DNA of 64,000 nt, from NCBI GenBank assembly GCA_963751275.1, contig CAVVTZ010000007.1, forward strand, positions 512,001-576,000, in the 5' to 3' direction. Source of the stretch: an uncultured Gemmatimonadaceae bacterium (GTDB taxonomy: Bacteria > Gemmatimonadota > Gemmatimonadetes > Gemmatimonadales > Gemmatimonadaceae). Within the stretch, counting starts at the first letter, position 1. Each line of letters starts with the position of its first letter. This document shows positions 31,289-40,371 of the stretch, in pieces. Both the position numbers and the translations under genes were made by a program. The notes under the pieces are model-generated. The model searched no databases. It saw nothing but the letters and a program-made list of their open reading frames with translations, and was not told the origin of the DNA.

Positions 31289-32949
31289 TTGCGGTGGCGC
31301 CGCTTTCGGGCGGCCGCGAACAGCGAATCGAAGTTCGTATACGGGCTGAACGAGCGGCGGCTCATGCTCGGCACCGGCGCGGAAGCAACGTCGGGAAGCG
31401 GCGTGAGCGCGCAGCTCGCGGATATCGTCATGCAAAGCGAATAGCGCGCCGGGACGCCCACCGAATCGTGAGCGACGAGATAATAATCGCCGGGCGCGAG
31501 CGACACCGAGAGCGACTTGTTCACGCCGCCGCCGGTCGCGCTCTGCAGGATCGAGAGCGGCACCGAAACGGTCGGAACGTTCAGGACATACAGATTGACC
31601 GAGGGGATCCCCGCCGTCGCGCTGGCGAAGAGCCGCGACGCCATTCGCACGGTCACGGTCTGCGCCGACGCGCCCGGCACATGGAATCGCAGCCAGTCCA
31701 GCCCGTACGCGTTGTCGATCGTGAGCGTGTCGCTGAACGTGGAGGTCAGATCGATCTTGAGCGCCGGACTTACGAAATTCGAATCGGCAATGTCGCAGGT
31801 GTTATCGCCGGCGAAGCGGTCGGGGTGCGTACCGTTCACTCCCGCGTACGCGCGGACGACGGCGAGTTCGTAGTTGCCGCGATCGACGAACAGCGAGACG
31901 AGGTCCGCGCCGCCCGGCGGCATCTTCGTGAACGCCACCTGGAATCCCGTGTTGATCTCCTCGCCCGGCGTGAACCCGTAGCCTTTGCAATTGTAATGCC
32001 CGCTGCCGTAGGTCCAGTCGGGAGTCGCGATCGTCGAGGCGGTGGCGGGCGCACCCAGGAACGTCGCCTCGCGCGCGAAGAGCGAGGGCGCGATGTATAC
32101 GAACGTGACCGCGGAATCGGGATGCGCGGTGGTGAAACGGAACCAGTCGTCGCGGAAGGGCAGCGTCTTCGGCTCCTCGGCGTACAGCGCAGGATTGAGG
32201 AACGCGATGAAATCCGCGAACGAGCCGCGATTGGCCGGCGTGCTGAACGGCCGCTGGTCGATGTCGATCACCGCGGGCGTGGTGCTGTTCGGGTCGTACA
32301 GGTCCATCGTGTCGTTCACCACGATCCGGTGCCGGAGGCCCGTGACGATCCCGTTGCCGATCGCGGTGATCGTGTCCGAGGTGCGCGCGGGGAACGCCAC
32401 CCAGAAACTGCTCGTGCCCGTGCCGGCCGTATCGTTCTTCGTGCTCGCGAAGCTGTTCACCTGGAGCGCCTGCGAGCCGAGGAAGAGCACGTCGACATTG
32501 TCCGCGCCCGGCCCCGTCACGGTGAGCTGCTGCCCGTACTTCACGGAATCGGGGGCGATGCCATCCAGCGCGAGCGGATCCGAGACACGGAACTGCAGCG
32601 TCGATTCCTTCGCGCTCTGCAGCGTGGGCGCTGCGGCGGTGATGGTCACGAAGCCCGGATTCACCCCGGTCACGCGCGCCGTGCGGCTCGAGAGCGGCGT
32701 GATCGTGGCGAGCGTCGGATCGCCCGTGGTCCACACCACCTCGACGTTCTTCACTTCCACCGTGTCCTTCCCATGTTCCAGCAGGTACACGTGCGCCGTG
32801 AACACCGTATCCGCGCCGCGGATGATCAGCGGCGGCGCCTGGATCGTCACCCATGCTCCCGCGCTGTTGTCCGTGGGGTACGAGCACGCCGCCGCGACGA
32901 GCGACAGCGCGACGGCCGCGCGGCATGAGGCATGGAACGCTCGGCGCAT
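31285..32949 (-). CDS. Lipoprotein with Ig-like (Big_2/IPT) and PPC-like beta-sandwich domains
   Basis: Lipobox AAAC, VVWTTGDPTLATI...VTGVNPGFVTITA, DWFRF/DWLRF and LAPGDYYL motifs. Confidence 0.65.
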   Translation of the reverse strand: MRRAFHASCRAAVALSLVAAACSYPTDNSAGAWVTIQAPPLIIRGADTVFTAHVYLLEHGKDTVEVKNVEVVWTTGDPTLATITPLSSRTARVTGVNPGFVTITAAAPTLQSAKESTLQFRVSDPLALDGIAPDSVKYGQQLTVTGPGADNVDVLFLGSQALQVNSFASTKNDTAGTGTSSFWVAFPARTSDTITAIGNGIVTGLRHRIVVNDTMDLYDPNSTTPAVIDIDQRPFSTPANRGSFADFIAFLNPALYAEEPKTLPFRDDWFRFTTAHPDSAVTFVYIAPSLFAREATFLGAPATASTIATPDWTYGSGHYNCKGYGFTPGEEINTGFQVAFTKMPPGGADLVSLFVDRGNYELAVVRAYAGVNGTHPDRFAGDNTCDIADSNFVSPALKIDLTSTFSDTLTIDNAYGLDWLRFHVPGASAQTVTVRMASRLFASATAGIPSVNLYVLNVPTVSVPLSILQSATGGGVNKSLSVSLAPGDYYLVAHDSVGVPARYSLCMTISASCALTPLPDVASAPVPSMSRRSFSPYTNFDSLFAAARKRRHRK

Positions 32950-33056
32950 GGACTCAGGTGAGGGGAGAAGATGTCCCGAAGGTGATGCCCGACGCATCTC
33001 TAGGCAAGACGCCGCCCCCGGAGGCCGGGAAACAGGCGCCGAGCCATATTGAAAGC

Positions 33057-34058
33057 ATGGCATCCTACACCATGCGCGCTGTGGTGATCGCCGGCGCCGG
33101 TGGTCCCGATGTGTTGAATGTGCAGGAGGTGCCGCGGCCCGAGCCGGGCGCGGGCGAGGTGTTGGTGCGCGTGCACGCGGCGGCGCTCAATCGCGCGGAC
33201 ATCCATCAACGCGAGGGACGCTATCCGGCGCCGCCGGGATGGCCGAAGGACATTCCGGGAATGGAATTCGCCGGCGAGATCTCGGCGTTGGGCGCGGGCT
33301 CGCAACGATGGCGTGAAGGCGACCGCGTGTTCGGCATCGTGGGCGGCGGCGCGTACGCGGAGTATCTCGTCACGCACGAGGATACAGTCGCGCGCGTGCC
33401 CGACGGCCTGAGTTGGACCGATGCGGCCGCCGTGCCCGAGGCATTCATTACCGCGCAGGACGCGCTGCGGCAGGCCGAGATGCGCACTGGCGACCGCGTG
33501 CTCATTCACGCGGTGGGGAGCGGCGTGGGACTCGCGGCCGTGCAGCTCGTGCGCGCGCTGGGCGGCTCGTCGTACGGCACTGCGCGGCACCAGGCGAAGC
33601 TCGACGCCGCTCGCGCACTCGGGATGGAGAACGGCGCGGTCGTCGGCGCTCAAGCCGCGGATCTCGCCGGCGCCCTCCCCGCGCTCGCCGCCGCAGGCGG
33701 CGCCAACATCGTGCTCGATCTCCTCGGCGGCGCGTACACCGGCGCGAGCATCCCGCTCATGGCGCCGCGCGGCCGGCTCATGCTGCTCGGCACGCTCGCC
33801 GGCGCGCGCACCGACCTCCCGCTCGGCCCCGTGTTGCGCGGACGCCTGAGCATCCGCGGTACCGTGCTGCGCAGCCGGTCACTGGAGGAAAAGATCGCCG
33901 CCACGCGCGACTTCGAGGCGGTCATCGTGCCGATGCTCGAGCGCGGCGAGGTCAGGGCGGCAGTGGACAGAGTGCTCGCACTCGGCGAAGTTCGGGCGGC
34001 GCATGAGCGCATGGCCTCCAATGCGGGCGCTGGAAAGGTGGTCCTGCGGGTCATTTGA
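33057..34058 (+). CDS. NAD(P)H:quinone oxidoreductase (MDR/PIG3 family)
   Basis: ALNRADIHQREGRYP, PGMEFAG, GGAYAEY, HAVGSGVGLAAVQL, GKVVL. Confidence 0.9.
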   Translation: MASYTMRAVVIAGAGGPDVLNVQEVPRPEPGAGEVLVRVHAAALNRADIHQREGRYPAPPGWPKDIPGMEFAGEISALGAGSQRWREGDRVFGIVGGGAYAEYLVTHEDTVARVPDGLSWTDAAAVPEAFITAQDALRQAEMRTGDRVLIHAVGSGVGLAAVQLVRALGGSSYGTARHQAKLDAARALGMENGAVVGAQAADLAGALPALAAAGGANIVLDLLGGAYTGASIPLMAPRGRLMLLGTLAGARTDLPLGPVLRGRLSIRGTVLRSRSLEEKIAATRDFEAVIVPMLERGEVRAAVDRVLALGEVRAAHERMASNAGAGKVVLRVI

Positions 34059-34136
34059 CCAAGGGCGTCATCCGGACCAGCTTCCCGCGGTGGCGGCATC
34101 CCGGCCGCCGGGATCCGGCTCACCCTCCACCCTCTT

Positions 34137-34817
34137 GTGAAGATGCGCGTACTGCTCGTCGAGGATGATCTGACGATCGCCGCATTCGTGCGGACGGGAC
34201 TCACGGACAATGGGTTCGCCGTGGACTGTGCGACCGACGGTGAGGAAGCGCTGAAGATGGCGCTCTCCGGACCGTATCGGGCCGCGGTGATCGACATCAT
34301 GCTCCCGTCGCGCGATGGCCTGTCGATCATCACGGAGATGCGGCGTCACAGGGTGGCCACGCCGGTGATCGTGCTCAGCGCCAGGCGGAGCGTGGATGAG
34401 CGCGTACGAGGATTACAGGCGGGCGGCGATGATTATCTCGTCAAGCCGTTCGCCCTCTCCGAACTGCTCGCGCGCCTCCATGCGCTGACGCGCCGGGGAA
34501 CCGGCGTCGTGGAACCGACCATCCTCGTGGCGGGCGATATGCGGATGGACCTGCTCAAGCGGGAGGTCTGGCGCCAGGACCGGAAGATCGATCTGCCGCC
34601 GCGAGAATTCGCGCTGCTGGAGTATCTCATGCGCAATCCCGCGCGCGTTATTTCGAAGGCGACGATCCAGGAGCACGTCTGGGGCTCCGACCTCGAGCCG
34701 CAGACCAACATTGTCGATGTCCTCGTCTGCCGCCTCCGGCAACGGCTCCAGCATGCTCCAGCGGAGAAGTTGATCCATACCGTGCGGGGGGCGGGGTATG
34801 TACTCAGGGCGCTTTAG
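34137..34817 (+). CDS. OmpR-family response regulator (CusR/CzcR-like)
   Basis: LLVEDD, DIMLP, GGDDYLVKPF, REFALLEYLMRN, NIVDVLVCRLR, TVRGAGY. Confidence 0.9.
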   Translation: MKMRVLLVEDDLTIAAFVRTGLTDNGFAVDCATDGEEALKMALSGPYRAAVIDIMLPSRDGLSIITEMRRHRVATPVIVLSARRSVDERVRGLQAGGDDYLVKPFALSELLARLHALTRRGTGVVEPTILVAGDMRMDLLKREVWRQDRKIDLPPREFALLEYLMRNPARVISKATIQEHVWGSDLEPQTNIVDVLVCRLRQRLQHAPAEKLIHTVRGAGYVLRAL

Positions 34818-36210
34818 AGGGATCTGGCGGACGGCCACTTTCCGCGTGATCCTCTGGTCGTCCGCGATCTTCATCGTGAGTTCGGCCCTGCTGTTCGTGC
34901 TGTCCTATCTCCTGCTCGTCGGGTCGCTCGAAACGAAGGACCGCCTCGCGATCCAGTTCCTGCAGAGCGCCTACGACGAGGAATTCTCCGAGGGTGGCAG
35001 CGCGGCCCTCCGGGCGAGAGTCGAGGCCGACCGCGCGAGCGGCAAGTTGCGTGACGCCGTGGTGCGGTTGCTGGATGCCGGCGGTTCGCAAGTCTGGGTG
35101 AGCGCACCCGCGGGAGGTCCGGCGTTCGATCTCTCGCTCCCCGCCGCCTCCGATTCGACTGCAGGCGGCTGGGCGAGCCGCCACGCCCCGGGCACGGACA
35201 CGGAGATGGACCTGCTCAGCACGCGGCTCGCCAACGGCTGGACGATCCAGGTCGGATTGAGCCGTGAACAGCGCGACGACGTCCTGCGCCGGTATCGCGA
35301 CACGATCATCGTGCTGCTCGTGGTGATCATTGCGGTCGGCTTCGCCGGCGGCGTGGTGCTCGCCTACAGGGCGCTGCGTCCCGCGCGGGCGCTCATGAGC
35401 TCGCTGCAGCCGATCATCGAGACCGGCGAGCTGCGGGCGCGCGTGCCGGTCGAGCCCACCGGCGACGAGTTCGAAGAATTGAGCGTATTGCTCAATCGCG
35501 CGCTCGAACGGATCGACCACGTGGTGGCGAGCATGCGCGGCTCCCTCGACAACGTCGCCCATGACTTGCGCACGCCGATGACCAGGCTGCGCGGGATCGC
35601 GGAACTCGCACTCGCATCCGGCGCGACCGAGGCCGACCACCGCGAAGCGCTCTCGAATTGCCTCGAGGAATCGGCCAACATGCTCATCATGCTCGACACA
35701 CTGCTGGAGATCTCCGAGGTCGAGGCGGGGTCCATCGATCTCGCGCTCGCACCGCTGGACCTCGCGCCGGTCCTGTCCCGCATCGCCGACATGTACGGGA
35801 TGCTCGCGGAGCACGCTGGGATCACGCTCGAACTCGCATCGTGCGAACCGCTCGTCATCGTGGCCGACCGCAGCCGGATGACGCAGGCGGTCGCGAACCT
35901 GGTGGACAACGCGGTCAAGTACACGCCGCCCGGCGGCCAGGTGTGTTTGGAGGCCCATCGCGAAGACGGCGATGCCGTGATCGTCGTGCGCGACAGCGGG
36001 ATCGGGATTCCGGCGCACGAGGCCGAACGGATCTGGGACCGGTCCTTCCGCGGGGATGCCAGCCGCTCGAAGCACGGGCTCGGGCTCGGCCTCAGTGTCG
36101 TGCGGGCGGTCGCGCGCGCACACGGCGGCAGCGTCACGATGCTCTCGAGCCCCGGCGCCGGCGCGCGGTTCACCCTGCGTCTCCCGCTCGCGCCGCGGCC
36201 ACGGGACTGA
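34798..36210 (+). CDS. HAMP sensor histidine kinase
   Basis: Two TMs, HAMP, VAHDLRTPMTRL, NLVDNAVKY, DSGIGI, GLGLGLS. Confidence 0.9.
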   Translation: MYSGRFRGIWRTATFRVILWSSAIFIVSSALLFVLSYLLLVGSLETKDRLAIQFLQSAYDEEFSEGGSAALRARVEADRASGKLRDAVVRLLDAGGSQVWVSAPAGGPAFDLSLPAASDSTAGGWASRHAPGTDTEMDLLSTRLANGWTIQVGLSREQRDDVLRRYRDTIIVLLVVIIAVGFAGGVVLAYRALRPARALMSSLQPIIETGELRARVPVEPTGDEFEELSVLLNRALERIDHVVASMRGSLDNVAHDLRTPMTRLRGIAELALASGATEADHREALSNCLEESANMLIMLDTLLEISEVEAGSIDLALAPLDLAPVLSRIADMYGMLAEHAGITLELASCEPLVIVADRSRMTQAVANLVDNAVKYTPPGGQVCLEAHREDGDAVIVVRDSGIGIPAHEAERIWDRSFRGDASRSKHGLGLGLSVVRAVARAHGGSVTMLSSPGAGARFTLRLPLAPRPRD

Positions 36211-36222
36211 CACCGCCCCGCA

Positions 36223-36252
36223 TTGACGGCACGACCGCCGCCCGATCAGACT
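36223..36252 (+). promoter_or_regulatory. Candidate sigma70 promoter TTGACG-N18-CAGACT, 6 nt before the ATG
   Basis: Direct reading of the sequence. Spacing is compatible with a leaderless transcript. Confidence 0.45.
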
Positions 36253-36258
36253 TCCGCC

Positions 36259-36930
36259 ATGATCCGCGAACATCATCTCCCCGTCACGCGCACCGCGCGC
36301 TACCACACGCTCGGCCCCTCCGCCGGCGCGCCGAAGCAGCTCTGGATCGTGTGCCACGGCTACGGCCAGCTCGCGGCGCGCTTCCTGCGGCACTTCGAAG
36401 TGATCGACGACGGCACGCGGCTCATCGTCGCGCCCGAAGCGCTGTCGCGGTTCTACATGACGAGCGATGACGCGGCGCATGCCGATTCGAAGATCGGCGC
36501 CAGCTGGATGACCCGCGAGGACCGGCTGAGCGAGATCGACGACTACATCGGGTATCTCGACGCGCTCTACGCCCAGCTCGCGCAGGACTACGATCTTTCC
36601 GCCACCCGCGTGATCGCGCTCGGATTCTCGCAGGGGGTCGCGACGGTGTGCCGCTGGGTGGAGCGCGGCCGGTCGCCCGTGAACGAAGTGGTCCTCTGGG
36701 CCGGCGCGGTGCCCCCCGACATGGACCTCTCCAAGCCGGCGCATCCGCTGCGCGAACTCCAGCCCGTGATCGTGCTGGGCGACAGCGACCACTTCGCCCC
36801 GCCGTCCGCCATCGCGGCGCACGAAGCGCGCCTGCGCGAGCGCGGCGTGCGCTTCGAGATCGTGCGCTTCGCCGGCGGCCACCGCCTCGACTACGACACC
36901 CTCAGCGCGCTCGCCGCGCGCTGGGGGTGA
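36259..36930 (+). CDS. Alpha/beta hydrolase (phospholipase/carboxylesterase-like)
   Basis: HGYGQLA, GASWMTREDR, GFSQG nucleophile motif, GGH. Confidence 0.85.
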   Translation: MIREHHLPVTRTARYHTLGPSAGAPKQLWIVCHGYGQLAARFLRHFEVIDDGTRLIVAPEALSRFYMTSDDAAHADSKIGASWMTREDRLSEIDDYIGYLDALYAQLAQDYDLSATRVIALGFSQGVATVCRWVERGRSPVNEVVLWAGAVPPDMDLSKPAHPLRELQPVIVLGDSDHFAPPSAIAAHEARLRERGVRFEIVRFAGGHRLDYDTLSALAARWG

Positions 36931-36936
36931 GCGCGG

Positions 36937-38896
36937 CTACTGCTTGTTGAGGACGATGACCTTGATGTCGTCCTTCGTGATCTCGCGCAGGAAGTCGAGC
37001 AGGGCCGGGTAGTCGCTCGCCGGGAAGACGCCCGTCGTGCCCGAGCGGCGCCGCACGATCCGCAGTTCGCGCCCCACCTGCGTGTAGGTCGCCTCGTACT
37101 CGCCGAACACGCTCTTCGCGTGCACGCCGGCGGGGAGCGCCGCCTTCCAGCCCACCGGCAGCGTGAGACGGAATTCCTGCACGGTCTCATCGGGCCCCCA
37201 CACCGCGTCGCTCGAGATCGGGTACTTCCGCGGGCCCCGCGCTTCGAGCGACGCGAGGGTCTTCGTCTGCGTGAAGTTCGCGATCGGCAACTCGAGGATC
37301 ATCACGCCGCCCGCGTCGGTGATCATCTTGCCGCCGCGGATCACCACGGAGTAGCGCGGTACCGCGTTCAGGTCGCGCCCCTCGAACAGCTGCAGGCTGT
37401 CCCCGGTGGACCCATCCACCACCGAGTTCGCCACGGACAGCGTCATTCGCGCGCGCGCCGCCGAGTCCGGCTTCGTGGTGCTCGACATCTGCTCGCGCAT
37501 CCCGAACTGGTTGTTGCCGGTGGCCGTCGCGGTCCACTTGCCGTTGAACGCGCCCTCCGGCGTCAGCTCACCCGCGATGAGCACGCTGGAACGGTTCTCG
37601 CTCGCGGGCGATTCCGGGAAGATCACTCCCTGCGCCGCGCCGTCATCCTTCACGAGCAGGCCGAACTCGCCCTGCTCGTCGGGCGGCAGGTCGCCGTACG
37701 GCACGATCTCGGCGGTGAGATCCAGGAACTGGTAGCCGCCCGCCCGGCTTCGCGACCGCCGCGATCATGTGGTCGAACTGGTGCGCCGTGGGCACGAGCG
37801 TGTCCACGCCGCCGTCGGCGCTGAGCAGCACCGGGTACGCCTGGTAGCCGTACTTGCGCGCGATCGCCACGAAGAACGTCGCCTTGTCCTTGCAGTCGCC
37901 GTACTTGTTGTCGAACACCATCGACGGCGGATGCGGCTGATAGCCGTCGATGCCCAGCGAGAGCGACACGTAGCGGAAGTCCTGCGCCACCCAGCGGTAG
38001 AGCGCGCGCAGGGTGTCCTCTCCCGTCTTGGCGCCGGCGACGATCTCGGCGGCCTTCGCCTCTATCGCTGGATCGAGCGCGTAGCGGTCCTTCGCGAGCC
38101 CCGCGTACCATTTGCCCACGTCGCCCCACGTGAGGCGCGCCGTGAGGCTGATCGACTCGCCGTACACGCTGTCCGGCGCGTACGGCTCGCGCTCGGGCTT
38201 CTTCACGTCCTGCGTCGCCCAGGTGTACGTGCGGCGCCCTTTTGCGACCGTCTCCTTGCGCGCGAACGTGAGATGCCGCTCGGTGATCCGCGGCTCGACG
38301 TTGTCGGGCACGTCCACGATGAAGCGCGAGCGCTGCGTCTGCGTGCCGGTCAGCACGCTCCAGCTCGTGTAGTAGTCGCCCGGGATCAACGGCTTCTGCA
38401 CTTCGACCGTGTAGCTGTAGTCCACGATCGTGCCCGGCGCGACGCCGCCGAGCGACACGCGGTGGATCATCTCGTCCGAATACACCGGCGCCGACATCGC
38501 CACCGGCGCGAGCGACTCCTGCTCGTGCACCGGCTTCGAGCTGATCACGTTGCCCTTGAGGTCGAGCACGCGCACCCAGTTGATCGTGAGCTTCTCGCGT
38601 CCCTTGGAGTAGGCGAACGACCGCTCGCCCCACAGCTCGGCGCCCTCCGGCGTGAGCACCTGCGCCACCTGCCGGTACGTGCGTGTGCCCGAGCCGTCGG
38701 CCTCGAGCCGCTCCACGCCGTCGTCGAGGAGGAAGACGTAGCGCTCGTCCGCGTACAATTTGGGGTCCACGGCCAGCTTGTAGATCGTGTCGTCCTTCAC
38801 CGACGGGTCGCCCTTCGGTGTGATCTTCGGCGCCTGCGCGGCCGCGAGCGACGCGGCGGCGGCGAGCAGGGCGGCGGTGAGTGTCAGGCGGCGCAT
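36937..38896 (-). CDS. DUF3857 + transglutaminase-like secreted protein (frameshift near 37740)
   Basis: Signal peptide, RYVSLSLG, GDCKDKA (Cys), FDHMIA (His), and the D-containing motif at the frameshift. The C-terminal part continues in ORF 36937..37704. Confidence 0.82.
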
Positions 38897-38948
38897 GGTG
38901 GATCCGGGAAGAGTGGGATTCGGAAGATCGGAGTGGGTACGGCCCGGG

Positions 38949-39794
38949 TCAATCGGTGTGCTCTGCCGAGCCGTCGGTCTGCTCGGCCGCTTCGTTTTCT
39001 GTGCGGTCCCGAATGACACGCTGCTGCCGCCACGCGACCACCGCGACCGTGGCGGAGATGGCCATGATGGCGGCCATCCGCATTGATCCCTCCGTGCCCG
39101 CGCTGAGTGCGGGAAATGCATCCGGGGAAGGAAAGTAGTGGTCCACGACGAAGAGCGAGGCGTTGAACGTCATGTGGATGAGCACGCCGGACCAGATCGA
39201 CCGCGTGAGATACACCGAGTACCCGCACGCGAGGCCGAGTGGGAACATGAATCCTACCCCCCACGGGTCGAGATGTGCGACGGCGAACAGGGCGGCCGTG
39301 TTGACGATGGCGCTCTCGGGCCCGAACTCACGGGAGAGCCGCCCCTGGATCCAGCCGCGCATGATCACTTCCTCGATGAGCGGGCCAACGAGGACGGCGC
39401 CGACGATGATCGGGATCATGCCGAATCGCAGCGCGGCGTACTGCTCGGTCGTGTCGCCCGGGGTGTCCGGCTGCGGCACGAGGCGCATGTACACGCTGAG
39501 GTACGCGAGCAGGAAGCCGGTGACCGCGATGGCCGTGACCACCGTCCACCGCCACTGGTCGCCAAGGGGCCGGGCGCGCGACCGGGCGCGCCGTTCGATC
39601 TGTGCGGCGCCGCCGGCCGGCGCGAGGTAGCGCTGGGTGAACAGGAGCGCGATGAGGACCAGCACGCCGGTGGCCGCGAGGGGCGGCAGGTACGTGCCGT
39701 CGGGCGTGATGACGAAGCATGCCGACTGCGCCAGCGCGCACAGGAAGAGCAGCGCGAGCGAGTTGGTGAGATCGAGGAAAAGGGGGCGCTGCAT
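38949..39794 (-). CDS. CPBP/CAAX-family intramembrane metalloprotease
   Basis: EEVIMRG, FAVAH, HMTFN motifs and multiple TMs. Confidence 0.88.
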   Translation of the reverse strand: MQRPLFLDLTNSLALLFLCALAQSACFVITPDGTYLPPLAATGVLVLIALLFTQRYLAPAGGAAQIERRARSRARPLGDQWRWTVVTAIAVTGFLLAYLSVYMRLVPQPDTPGDTTEQYAALRFGMIPIIVGAVLVGPLIEEVIMRGWIQGRLSREFGPESAIVNTAALFAVAHLDPWGVGFMFPLGLACGYSVYLTRSIWSGVLIHMTFNASLFVVDHYFPSPDAFPALSAGTEGSMRMAAIMAISATVAVVAWRQQRVIRDRTENEAAEQTDGSAEHTD

Positions 39795-39892
39795 TCCGGT
39801 TCGAAAGGATGCGATTGGGGAGGGGGAAGTCCAGTGCGCCGCGAATCCGGCGGGCCCCTTCGGTCGTCCTCCTGCTACGGAGGATCACCCGC

Positions 39893-40195
39893 ATGCCGAA
39901 CATTCCCTGTCCGCATTGCAACCGTCAGATCTCGGACCAGTCGAAGCGCTGCCTCTATTGCGCCAAGCCGCTGGACGGCGGCGCATCCGGCGACGTGGAG
40001 AAACGCGCGCAGATGCTGAGCGCGATGTACAAGGCGGGCGTGGGCCTGCCGGTGCGCCCGAAGGAGAGCCGCCTCGCGAAGGTGCGCGACGAACCGATGC
40101 CCGTGAAGGTGATCGTCGCGCTGCTGTTGCTCCCTCTCGTGCTGATCTGGCCGCCGTGGTGGTGGAACGGGGTCAAGACCATCTTCCGTCCTTAG
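39893..40195 (+). CDS. Small zinc-ribbon membrane protein
   Basis: CPHC-X10-CLYC, C-terminal hydrophobic helix, SD GGAGG. Confidence 0.65.
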   Translation: MPNIPCPHCNRQISDQSKRCLYCAKPLDGGASGDVEKRAQMLSAMYKAGVGLPVRPKESRLAKVRDEPMPVKVIVALLLLPLVLIWPPWWWNGVKTIFRP

Positions 40196-40198
40196 CTG

Positions 40199-40260
40199 CG
40201 ACGGCGCGTGTAGTCGTTGACGTGTGGTAACAACGACGGCGCGTGTAGTCGCCACACGTC
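40199..40260. repeat. 18-bp direct repeat nested with a 9-bp inverted repeat
   Basis: cgacggcgcgtgtagtcg at 40199-40216 and 40234-40251. gacgtgtgg 40219-40227 pairs with ccacacgtc 40252-40260. Confidence 0.7.
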
Positions 40261-40371
40261 TCACACGTCACAGGCGCCGTCAGCGGCGCCACCCTCGCCG
40301 TCAGCGGTGCCAGTGCCGCCCCTGATGCGTCGTCAACTGGACGTTTCCCCGCGCCCATGGGACATTAGGTA

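Noticed and set aside
34804..36882. Long antisense or alternate-frame ORFs (e.g. 34804-36882, 43001-45445, 55449-57566)
   Set aside because: These are shadow ORFs expected in very high-GC DNA, Arg/Ala/Pro-rich without motifs, and overlapping well-supported genes.
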